64,000 nt of DNA, from positions 32,001 through 96,000 of the forward strand of contig JBCCHT010000029.1 in assembly GCA_039028615.1 (NCBI GenBank). The letters run 5' to 3'. The notes beneath the pieces are model-generated. The model worked only from the letters and a program-made list of their open reading frames with translations, ran no database searches and had not been told where the DNA came from. Every line of letters starts with the position of its first letter. Position 1 is the first letter of the stretch. The translations under genes were made by a program, and so were the position numbers. Source of the stretch: Myxococcota bacterium (GTDB lineage: Bacteria > Myxococcota_A > Polyangia > Nannocystales > Nannocystaceae). Positions 1 to 8,250 of the stretch are shown piece by piece.

Positions 1-931
1 ATTGCCGGGGGGAGACGCCGACTTCACGCCGAAACGCGCGGGAGAAGCCGGCGGGGTCGGTGTAGCCCACGCGTTGGCCGATTTCGCTGAGGTTGAGGGG
101 GGTCTGGGCGAGCATGCGCTTGGCCTCTTCGATACGGCACAGCTGGATGTAGCGGATCGGCGACTCGCAGGTCTTTTCCGAGAACAGCTGGGCGAACGCG
201 GCGCGCGACATGCCGACCTTGCTGGCGAGGGTGGCGACCGTCCATGGGGCGTCCAGAGCGGCGTGCACCAGGCCCAACGCACGGCCGATCTGCGGGTGGG
301 TCACCGCGGCGAGCAACCCCGAGTCGGTGCCGACCCTCTCGAAGTGCAGCCGCAGCACGCCCAAGAAAGCGAGCTCGGCGAGTCGAGACACCATGCCCTC
401 CGTGCCCAGCCGAGTTTCGCTGGACTCCTGCACGAGGCCATCGATGAACGCCCGGATGCCCGCGGTGGCCTCGTCCGCGCGTACGACCACCACCATCGGG
501 AGCAGGCCGAGCAGCGGCGCGGCGGAGACTTCCTGAAAACGAAAGGCGCAGCAGGTGATGGCGGTGCGGGGGCCCGTGCCGCCGCGGCGAACCGAGCACC
601 GCGGGCCGCCCCGTTGGTCGGGGACGTCAATCCGAGGCGCGGCCAGGGCTCGCGCGCTGCTGGTGATCTCGTAGGTGCCCCCGCGCGGCAGCAGGACCAC
701 GTCTCCGGCCTCCAGCGGGATGGGCTGAGGCTGCTGGGGCGTACGCACGTAGGCCTTGCCGCGGCCGATGACGTGCAGCACGGGGTCGGCCGCCTCGGAG
801 TTCATCACCCGCCACGGTGCGCCCAGATCCATGGTGGACAACACCACGCCGCGCAGGCCCACCTGGCGGATCAACGCGCTGAGTACGTCGTGGCTGTCTT
901 GCCAGTCGAAGAGTCGGTCGTCGTCGCTCAT
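1..931 (-). CDS. AraC-family transcriptional regulator with N-terminal cupin domain (RclR-like), 3' end runs off the window
   Basis: Missing from the ORF track because it has no stop in the window. Manual translation from ATG at 931 gives MSDDDRLFDW...LSALIRQVGLRG...APWR...LEAGDVVLLPRG...HPQIGRALGLVH...PWTVATLASKVGMSRAAFAQLF...SPIRY...LSEIGQRVGYTDPAGFSRAFRREVGVSP, a typical AraC double HTH. Confidence 0.9.
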   Translation of the reverse strand, partial: MSDDDRLFDWQDSHDVLSALIRQVGLRGVVLSTMDLGAPWRVMNSEAADPVLHVIGRGKAYVRTPQQPQPIPLEAGDVVLLPRGGTYEITSSARALAAPRIDVPDQRGGPRCSVRRGGTGPRTAITCCAFRFQEVSAAPLLGLLPMVVVVRADEATAGIRAFIDGLVQESSETRLGTEGMVSRLAELAFLGVLRLHFERVGTDSGLLAAVTHPQIGRALGLVHAALDAPWTVATLASKVGMSRAAFAQLFSEKTCESPIRYIQLCRIEEAKRMLAQTPLNLSEIGQRVGYTDPAGFSRAFRREVGVSPRQ

Positions 932-946
932 CCGTCGCTGCCTCGC

Positions 947-1522
947 TCAGAATCGAAACAGGGGGCCCGTGCTGAGCTCGATTTCATGCTGCCAGCCGTG
1001 AGGCTCGGGCAAGGCAGTGTAGTCGACTTCCGCCAGCACCCCAACGCGAGGGTGCAGCCACAGGTAGCTGCCCGCCGTGCCCAGGGCACCCACCGCGAAG
1101 AAGTCGTCCTCCCCCACCCCGAAGGTGAAGGCCGCCCCCGCCCCCACGTAAGGGTCGAACACGTGGCTGACGTGGAAGGGCTTTTTGAACAACACGTCGA
1201 GCGGGACATGGGCGGAGCGTCGCTCGTCGGTGATCAGCACGTTGGCGGACAGCTCCAGCTCGAGCCAGCCTCGCACCAGCGTTCGCTCGTAGAACAGCCC
1301 CACGCCGCCCTGTCCTTCGACGTGCGAGGGCTCGCCGTGCTCGACCGCCACCACCCCGATCGCCTTCAAGCCGACGAGGTTGTGCCAATGGAGCGGGCAC
1401 CCGACGTCGTGTTCGGCATGGGCGACATCGTGAAGCTCGGGCTCCGAGCGCGGCTCGGCTGCGGCGGGACCGGCGAGCACGGCCCACAGGGGCATCACGA
1501 ACGGAGAGGAGGACACTGGCAT
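947..1522 (-). CDS. Putative outer-membrane beta-barrel protein with His-rich N-terminus
   Basis: Signal-like N-terminus, amphipathic beta strands (PYVGAG, LELELSA, VLAEVDY) and a C-terminal aromatic residue (PLFRF). Co-oriented between the P460 gene and the AraC gene. Confidence 0.6.
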   Translation of the reverse strand: MPVSSSPFVMPLWAVLAGPAAAEPRSEPELHDVAHAEHDVGCPLHWHNLVGLKAIGVVAVEHGEPSHVEGQGGVGLFYERTLVRGWLELELSANVLITDERRSAHVPLDVLFKKPFHVSHVFDPYVGAGAAFTFGVGEDDFFAVGALGTAGSYLWLHPRVGVLAEVDYTALPEPHGWQHEIELSTGPLFRF

Positions 1523-1597
1523 GAAGTCGCGTCGCCTGAGGTCAAAGGGCGCGGGCCGACGGCGAGCAGAGACCTCGCCGCCGACCCGTGCTCCGGT

Positions 1598-3310
1598 CTA
1601 TTGCAAGGGCCAACCCGAGAGGATCAGGTCCTTGCTCCCCACCGAATGGCAGCCGATACAGCCGGGAATCCCGTTGCCCGCGGCCGGTAGCGCCCCGGGG
1701 TCCGTGGGGCTGGTTACCTCGTACCAAAACCAGTTCTTGCCGCCCTGTGATTGGGCACCGGTCTTGGCCATGACCGCCCACCCGGTCAGCGTGCCGTCGC
1801 CACCGAACATCTCCTTGACCGCGATCGAGTCCTTGGGATGCTCGGTGTTGCCCGCTTCGAGCGACGTGGCGAGCGTCTCGTTGTAGAACACGCGCACGGG
1901 GACCGAGGGCGTGGTGTGAGGGCCTCGCCCGGGATGTGTGCCCGCCTGCTTGGCCGACCACTCGGCGTAGGGCTTGCCCGTCAGCCACGCGTGCAGATCG
2001 TTGCGGTGCAGGGGCATGTCTCCCGCCGCCTTCGGGTGACCGACGGTGGGCTGCCACTGGTTGTCGGTGCTGAGCGGCTTGCCCTTGGCCTGGCCCATCG
2101 CGTCGCGCAGCACGGGGTAGTACTGCGTGAACACGAAATCGTGCTCGGCCGAGCCCTGGTGGCAGGCGTTGCACGCCGAGGTCGGGAACGCCTTGGCCTC
2201 CGATTTGACCGCGCCGCCGCCCGGGTTGGTGAAGCTGAAGTAGGCCCAGTTGCCCGGCTCGTCGGGGAAGTGCTCGGCGCTCTTGATCGTCGCCTCGAGC
2301 CCGATGAACTCGCCCATGAAGTAGCCGTTGCCCGAGACCGCCGCCTTGGATCCGACCTCGACCAACTCCTTGATGAGGATGGTGCCGTCACGGAACTCGC
2401 CGGTCCGCTCGAGGTGATCGTAGCTGGCCGGATCGATGTACACGCTGTGGAACTCGGGGAACGGCGCCTTGCCCCCGTTGCGATCGTTGGGCGTGAGCGG
2501 CTCGCCGACGAACACCCACTCGCGATAGCCCCGGGGGCGCTGTAAGACGCCGCCCTCGATGGTGAAGGGCTCGCTGCCCTCGGCCCGTTCCTCGGTCGCC
2601 GCCCCTCGCAGCACGGGGTAGTACTGCGTGAACACGAAGTCCTGGGCCGCGCTGTTGGCATGGCACGAGTTGCAGTCCTTGGTGGGAAAGGGCTTGGCCG
2701 TCTTGCTCAAGCCGCCGCCGCTGGGGTTGGTGAAGCTGTAGTAGCCCCAGTTGCCGGGCTCGTCGGGGAAGTGCTCGGCGCTCTTGATGGTGGCTTCCAG
2801 GCCGATGTAGTCGCCCATGAAAAAGCCCTTGCCCGAGGCGGCCGAGGTGGCCCCGACCGCGTGCAGTTCCTTGACGAGGATGGTGCCGTCGGGGAACGAG
2901 CCCGTGGTGCGGTAGGCCTCGTAGCTGTCGGGGTCGATGTAGACGCTGTGGAACTCCGGGAACGGAGCCTTGCCGTCGTTCATCTCGTTGGGGGTGACGG
3001 GCTCGCCGACGAAGACCCACTTGCGGTAGCCCTCGGGGCGCGTGAGCGTCCCCCCCTGCCCGATCTCGAAGGCGGGGGCGGGCTTGGCCGGGTCCGCCTG
3101 GGCGGCTGGAGCCGCGCCGTCACCCGGAGAGCTGGTGCCGTTGCCGTCGACCCCGTTGCAGGCCCCGAGCCCCGAAACTGCCAGTAGGCCGAGCAGCCAG
3201 GGCCCTCGCGGGGTGAGCGTGCTCCACCGACGGGCGGCCACCGTGTGGGCGGAGCGGGTGTTCCGTGGACCTGTCCGCCGTGGCGTCGAAATGCGCTTGT
3301 CTGTGTCCAT
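1598..3310 (-). CDS. Lipoprotein with three cytochrome P460-family (beta-sheet cytochrome) domains
   Basis: Lipobox LGAC. Two near-identical domains P.GYR.WVFVG.P.TPN..N.GKAPFPEFHSVYIDP...DGTIL.KEL...GLEATIK...PGNW...CxxCH...FVFTQYYPVL, then a shorter third domain (VRVFYN...IAVKEM...WAVMAK...WFWYE...CIGCH). Start placed at ATG 3310; the track starts at 3355. Confidence 0.9.
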   Translation of the reverse strand: MDTDKRISTPRRTGPRNTRSAHTVAARRWSTLTPRGPWLLGLLAVSGLGACNGVDGNGTSSPGDGAAPAAQADPAKPAPAFEIGQGGTLTRPEGYRKWVFVGEPVTPNEMNDGKAPFPEFHSVYIDPDSYEAYRTTGSFPDGTILVKELHAVGATSAASGKGFFMGDYIGLEATIKSAEHFPDEPGNWGYYSFTNPSGGGLSKTAKPFPTKDCNSCHANSAAQDFVFTQYYPVLRGAATEERAEGSEPFTIEGGVLQRPRGYREWVFVGEPLTPNDRNGGKAPFPEFHSVYIDPASYDHLERTGEFRDGTILIKELVEVGSKAAVSGNGYFMGEFIGLEATIKSAEHFPDEPGNWAYFSFTNPGGGAVKSEAKAFPTSACNACHQGSAEHDFVFTQYYPVLRDAMGQAKGKPLSTDNQWQPTVGHPKAAGDMPLHRNDLHAWLTGKPYAEWSAKQAGTHPGRGPHTTPSVPVRVFYNETLATSLEAGNTEHPKDSIAVKEMFGGDGTLTGWAVMAKTGAQSQGGKNWFWYEVTSPTDPGALPAAGNGIPGCIGCHSVGSKDLILSGWPLQ

Positions 3311-3532
3311 TCGTTTGATCCTCCCGGCGCGCCGCTCGAGCCCCGCGACGCTCACTCACTGGCACATTGACGAGTGCCGACGAGGGAGGCGAAGCGAGGT
3401 CGAGCCGCGATCGCGTATTCGTCCAATAGCACGCCGAAGTGGCGCTTCCGGGGGGTCGACTGCACCGATGGACGATCGGCACAGCATTTCGGACGACCGA
3501 TTTGCATCGGCCGTCCCGGTCATCGAGAGGGA

Positions 3533-3985
3533 CTACTGCTCGTCTTCGAAGGCGCTCGAAAATTGACCGTAGCCTTCGGCCTCGAGATCTTCGGCCGCCA
3601 CGAAGCGTAGAGAGGCCGAATTGATGCAGTAGCGCATGCCCGTCTCGTCTCGTGGCCCGTCGGGGAAGACGTGGCCGAGGTGGCTGTCGCCGTGGGTCGA
3701 ACGAACCTCGGTGCGGACCATGCCGTGGGTCGAGTCGCGGAGCTCCTGGACATTCGATCCGTCGCCGATGGGGCGAGTGAAGCTCGGCCAGCCCGAGCCG
3801 GAGTCGTACTTGTCCTTCGACGAAAACAGCGGCTCGCCGGAGACCACGTCGACATAGATGCCGGCTTCCTTGTGGTCCCAGTACTCGTTGGCGAAGGCGC
3901 GCTCGGTCCCGTTGTGCTGGGTGATGCGGCGTTGCTCGGCGGTCAGGTTCTGGACCGCCTCATCGGTCTTCTCGTAGTCGCTCAT
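3533..3985 (-). CDS. msrB: Peptide-methionine (R)-S-oxide reductase MsrB
   Basis: Motifs [46 protein letters not shown] and RYCINS. Lacks the zinc CxxC pairs. Confidence 0.97.
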   Translation of the reverse strand: MSDYEKTDEAVQNLTAEQRRITQHNGTERAFANEYWDHKEAGIYVDVVSGEPLFSSKDKYDSGSGWPSFTRPIGDGSNVQELRDSTHGMVRTEVRSTHGDSHLGHVFPDGPRDETGMRYCINSASLRFVAAEDLEAEGYGQFSSAFEDEQ

Positions 3986-4013
3986 GATGTCGTTCCTCGT
4001 GAAGTCGTTCGCG

Positions 4014-4646
4014 TTAGCCCAGGCCGAGACTCCGCAAGGAGCCCTTGCCGGCCAGGTTCACGCCCAGTTGGTCGAGCTCGCGCTCGAGGGATTGCGGGGC
4101 CCAGTGGCCAGCCGCGTAGGCATTGAGTTTGGCGGCCGCGGTCGAGGCTAGCAGCTCGGGCTCCGAGTCGAAGTTCGCTAGCAGCGCCTCGAACAGCGCC
4201 GGGTTCCGCCGTAGTCGCCACTTTTGGTGATAGGCCTCGGCCGGGTGGAACCGAGCGCCCACCACGATGGCGGTGGCCACGGGGCGCCCGTGGTCCTCAC
4301 TCAGGCGGTCGGCAACGGCCTGAGCGGCGTGGCGCTGCCCTTCGTCGGCGCAGAAAAGCTCCGCTCGGTACTGGGAGCGCGACGACGAAAACGGGTCGTG
4401 GCTGCCCCAAAACCGCTCGAGCAGGTCTTCGTAGGCCAGCACGGCGGGGTCGAAGGTGAGCTGGACCGCTTCGGCGTGGTCACCGATGGTGCGGTAGGTC
4501 GGCGCGGGGGTCGTGCCCCCGGCGTAGCCGACCTCGGTATGGAGTACTCCGCGAAGACCCCCGAACCGGGAGTCGGGCCCCCAAAATCACCCCAGGGCGA
4601 AGGTGAAGTGCTCGGTGGGCGCGGCGGAGAGGATGGGCTCGGACAT
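4014..4646 (-). CDS. msrA: Peptide-methionine (S)-S-oxide reductase MsrA, selenocysteine form (in-frame TGA at 4587-4589)
   Basis: Track ORFs 4587..4898 and 4014..4442 are in the same frame. Read through, they give [19 protein letters not shown](TGA)-FWGPDSRFG...VGYAGG...PTYR..GDHAEAV...QYRA...[10 protein letters not shown], with TGA at the Cys of the GCFWG active site. Confidence 0.9.
4556..4574 (-). promoter_or_regulatory. Putative bacterial SECIS hairpin in msrA mRNA
   Basis: mRNA GACUCCC-GGUUC-GGGGGUC forms a 7-8 bp stem starting 12 nt after the UGA, with a small apical loop that begins with G. This matches the general bacterial SECIS geometry. Confidence 0.7.
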
Positions 4647-4812
4647 GGTCCCAAGCTTGCGCATGGATCCCCGCCGCGAAAGAGGGCACGCGTCCAAGAT
4701 TCTGTGCCGATCGTCCAACGCCCGAATCGGGGGTTCGGGGGGCACCGATGGCCGAAAATGGAGCGTCCGAGGCCCTGCAGAGCCCCGGACGCCGTTCTGT
4801 TGGGGCGGAGCC

Positions 4813-5595
4813 TCAGCCCGCCGCGACGTGCAGGTCGTAGTTCGCCAGCCCGCGATTGTCCGGGCTGACCATGTTGTCTGGGTTGAACCAGGGATCACCC
4901 TCGTTGAACGGGTCCCCCTCGAAGTAAAGCTGCGTGTTGAGCAGCTCCGTGCCGCGGACCCACACCTTCATGTGCAGGTGCGCGGGGCGATACTCGGCCC
5001 CGTTGAGATACCAGCCGGGCATCAGCGTGGTGAAGCTGTACTCGCCGCGCTCGTTGGTCGCGACCTGCCCGTAGTACCGGTAGTCCGCGGTGTCGTCGTA
5101 GGTCCCGTCGAGGTCGCCCGGTTTCGACCCGGGAGGCCGCGGGCTCGCCTGCCACAGCTCGACGACCGCATTGGCGACGGGGGTGCAGGCCTCGTTGAGC
5201 ACCCTGCCCTGCAGCACCAGCGGGTCGCCCGGATCATCGTACAAGTCGAGGTTGTCGCGGATGGGAATGTCCGGCCGATAAAACGGCCCTTCGATGTCTG
5301 GATCGGTCGCCTCGCAGACCGGGCTGCCGGTCTCGCCGGAGTCCGTACCTGGACCTACACCCGTGCTGTCGTCCGCCGCGTCGGTCGAGCCACCGCTGCC
5401 GCTGCCCTCCGCGCCGGTCGATCCGGGGGTGCCGGTCGATCCCGAGTCGTCCGCGGCGGTCGGAGCGGCGCTGGTCGAGCCATCGCCGCTGCCGCTGGGC
5501 TCGGTCGAATCGTCGCCACAGCCGGTCGCGATGACCACGGCGGTGCAGGTGGAGTTGAGCACAAACGTACGACGATTGATGTTCAGCGGGGGCAT
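4813..5595 (-). CDS. Intradiol ring-cleavage dioxygenase-like protein, probable Tat-exported lipoprotein
   Basis: Motifs EGPFY, G.PLVLQGRV, AVVELWQA, GTYD, PGWY and RPAHLH (Tyr/Tyr/His/His iron ligands). N-terminus NRRTF...VVIATGC followed by a Ser/Thr/Gly linker. Confidence 0.85.
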   Translation of the reverse strand: MPPLNINRRTFVLNSTCTAVVIATGCGDDSTEPSGSGDGSTSAAPTAADDSGSTGTPGSTGAEGSGSGGSTDAADDSTGVGPGTDSGETGSPVCEATDPDIEGPFYRPDIPIRDNLDLYDDPGDPLVLQGRVLNEACTPVANAVVELWQASPRPPGSKPGDLDGTYDDTADYRYYGQVATNERGEYSFTTLMPGWYLNGAEYRPAHLHMKVWVRGTELLNTQLYFEGDPFNEGDPWFNPDNMVSPDNRGLANYDLHVAAG

Positions 5596-5817
5596 GGGGC
5601 GCCTCGAGTCAAAGCCACGTCACCCAGTCTAGACCGCGTTCGTCGGGGTCGCCGCCTCTGCCGTCTTCGGATCTTCCGAACGCGATCGTGCGGCATAGGC
5701 AAACCATGTGCGTTCTGTGAAATGCGGCGAACACCGTAGTGCTACCCCATAGGGCAATTCTCAGGGCAAAATGGGTCGACTCGTGGCGCCCACCCTCGGG
5801 TCGAGTGGCCTGCGGAT

Positions 5818-6555
5818 ATGACCGATCCCAAGACTGACCCCCTACTCCAGCGATGGTACTCGGGCGGCGCCCCCATCATCATTCAGGTGGCGTTCAAGTA
5901 CGGCTATGGCCCGGCCATCGTCGAGTTGAATCAAAAGGTCTACTTCAACGAAAACCTGTCGTTTTCACGCGCGCTGATGGAGGCGGTGCAGTGCGTGTGC
6001 CTCAGCGCCTGCGAAAACCAGTACTGCGCCATCATGCACGCACGCGGGCTGATGACGCACGGGTTCTCGCTCGAGGAGGTCAAGAACCTGGCCATGCACC
6101 AGACCTTGCCCGAGTCGTTCGAGGACAAGTCCAAGTGGGAGCACACGCTGCGCCGGGTCGCCACCATCTTCCGCGAGGCACAGTCGTCGGCACACTTGTA
6201 CAAGACACTGGCCGAGTTTCATTCGCCCGAAGTCATCGAAGAGATCGGCGGCATCATTGCGTTCTCGCTGTTGCACAAATTCTTGCTCGAGCTGTACTCC
6301 GACGAGATTCAGATCGAGGACGAGCCGAGTCTATTTGCCACCGTCGATCAGCCGCGCGAGCTCATCTCGTTCTTCATGACCGAGGGCGACCGCGAGCGCG
6401 TCCCCACGCTGACGCTGTGCACCCTGTGCAAGGACGTCAAGTCCTCCCAGGGGTGGGTCCCCATCGAGTCAGCGCTGAACGACATCCCCGCCGACGCCAC
6501 CTTCTCGCACGGGCTGTGTGAACGCTGCTACGACCGCTGGCTCTCGCTCGAGTGA
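5818..6555 (+). CDS. AhpD/carboxymuconolactone decarboxylase-like protein with C-terminal CxxC...SHGLCxxC domain
   Basis: LSRALMEAV...SACENQYCAIMH...GFSLEEV resembles the AhpD/CMD core. The C-terminus is LCTLCKDVK..QGW...E....FSHGLCERC. Confidence 0.6.
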   Translation: MTDPKTDPLLQRWYSGGAPIIIQVAFKYGYGPAIVELNQKVYFNENLSFSRALMEAVQCVCLSACENQYCAIMHARGLMTHGFSLEEVKNLAMHQTLPESFEDKSKWEHTLRRVATIFREAQSSAHLYKTLAEFHSPEVIEEIGGIIAFSLLHKFLLELYSDEIQIEDEPSLFATVDQPRELISFFMTEGDRERVPTLTLCTLCKDVKSSQGWVPIESALNDIPADATFSHGLCERCYDRWLSLE

Positions 6556-6614
6556 ACACCACCGCGCCCGGGAGGACGGCCTCCCGGGCGAACGGACGCG
6601 ACCGGCGGTGTCGC

Positions 6615-8099
6615 TCAGTGAGCGCCGTTGGGGCGGGTATAGGGCACGGTGCCCCCCGCGAGGATGCGACGAACCTCGCAGATGCGCCGCCAGGGCTCGT
6701 TGTACTGGAACATCAGCCCCGTGCTGCTGTCGGGATCGGGCACGTTCTGAATGACCGCGGGGTTACCCGAGCCGGGGAATGCGGGTAGCGGCGAGACCCC
6801 GAGGAAGGGCGAGAGGGTCGAGGCGACCCCGGCCGGCCGCACCTTCACGTGGGTGAAGTTGGTGTTGGTCTCGTCGGTATGACAGCCGCTGCAGGTCGCA
6901 AAGCCGAACAGGTGACGCGTCTCGGGCAGGATGCCGACTGCGCCCGTCTCGTTCCACAGCATCGGGGCCGAGACCTCGCCGCCGAGGAATGTCGTGGGCA
7001 GCGAGTGGGACAGGTTGAGGATGGCGGGCTCCTGCGCGGACAGGTAGCCATCCAGCGGCACCGAGGTGTTGAGCGCGTCGATGGGCGTGAGGTGGGTGGT
7101 ATGCGGATCGAGAGCGAACGCATTGGGCCCCCGCCCCACGTCCTGCAGCGTGTACTCGCGTAGCTTCCAGATCGGGCTGCCGAAGTCGAGGTCGACGTCG
7201 TTGGTGCGGACCTGGCCGATCGACGAGCCTCCGTTGGGGTTGCCTGGCTCGGCCCCTGGCATGGTGATGTCGTCGGTGATCCGCTGCAGGTGGTTGCGGT
7301 ACGGGCCCGAGCCTCGCGGCCACAGGCGTAGGTCGTGCAGCCGATTGGTCCACGCGGTGATGGGCAGCGCGCTGGGCAGCTTGTACTCGAAGATGAACGT
7401 AGCCTCGAGCGGTGGTTCGGTGGCCACGTTCTTGTCGACGGCCCCGAAGATGAAGCGGAACTCGCCCGGCTCGCTCGTGCTGGCGTCGTGCATGTCCACG
7501 CGGTTGACCATGGCGAGCAGTCGGAACGGCGCTTGGGTCATGTCCAGGGTGCAGGCCCCGGCCCCGAGCAAGGGGTCCCCCGCCGCGCAGCCGCTGGCGA
7601 CCATCCAGGGGTCGATGATGCGGGCGCGGGTGGCCGGCCTCGCGGGCATCGGCACGCCGTTGACGACCTGATTGGTCTCGAAGGTATCGAGCCACTCGGC
7701 CACGAATAGCGGCGTCGGCACGGTGCCCGACATGCGGTTCATGAGCTCGGCGAAGGTCCACACGCCCACCGTGCCCGGGGCACAGGCGCCGGCCGGCGTC
7801 AGCGTGGTCCGGCAGGGGTCCTCGACCACCAGCAGGTCCGTGATCAGCATCTCGCTGGCGAAATTCACGGGAACGGGCGGCATCAGGGCCGGGTCGCAGA
7901 AGGTCACGACGTCGAAGGGCTCGTCGTCGGAGGCCAGCGTGTCGGGCCCCGATGGAGGCGTGGGCTCGGCCTCCGGCTCGTCGAGGGCGTCGTCATCGTC
8001 GATCCCGTCCCGCTCGAGCGTGGCATCGGGGTCGGCGACACAGCCGAGGGTCAGGGCGAGCAGCGGTACGAAACCACTGGTGAGGGCGTGTTTGAACAT
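6615..8099 (-). CDS. Hypothetical lipoprotein with a single c-type haem motif
   Basis: Lipobox LTLGC after ATG 8099. Motifs MLITD..VVED, WTF..LM, APFRLLAMVNR.D, GEFRFIF, QVRTND and W.LREY, plus CSGCH. Confidence 0.7.
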   Translation of the reverse strand: MFKHALTSGFVPLLALTLGCVADPDATLERDGIDDDDALDEPEAEPTPPSGPDTLASDDEPFDVVTFCDPALMPPVPVNFASEMLITDLLVVEDPCRTTLTPAGACAPGTVGVWTFAELMNRMSGTVPTPLFVAEWLDTFETNQVVNGVPMPARPATRARIIDPWMVASGCAAGDPLLGAGACTLDMTQAPFRLLAMVNRVDMHDASTSEPGEFRFIFGAVDKNVATEPPLEATFIFEYKLPSALPITAWTNRLHDLRLWPRGSGPYRNHLQRITDDITMPGAEPGNPNGGSSIGQVRTNDVDLDFGSPIWKLREYTLQDVGRGPNAFALDPHTTHLTPIDALNTSVPLDGYLSAQEPAILNLSHSLPTTFLGGEVSAPMLWNETGAVGILPETRHLFGFATCSGCHTDETNTNFTHVKVRPAGVASTLSPFLGVSPLPAFPGSGNPAVIQNVPDPDSSTGLMFQYNEPWRRICEVRRILAGGTVPYTRPNGAH

Positions 8100-8250
8100 G
8101 GTGATCGGTGCTCCCGCCCGACGTCCGGCGCCGGGCCGTGGTGGAAGAGCCACCAGGCGCGCTTCGGATCACCAAACCATCACTTCAAATCTCTGTTTTT
8201 TCTCGCGCGAGCCGGGCCACCCTGCTCGGCTCGCGAACCGACTCTACGCC

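Noticed and set aside
2..1690. 562-aa plus-strand ORF
   Set aside because: Antisense shadow of the minus-strand AraC and barrel genes; it has no protein motifs, and such shadows are typical of high-GC DNA.
4587..4589. msrA as a nonsense pseudogene
   Set aside because: The stop is TGA exactly at the catalytic Cys, the rest of the gene is intact and a SECIS-like hairpin follows, so selenocysteine is the better explanation.
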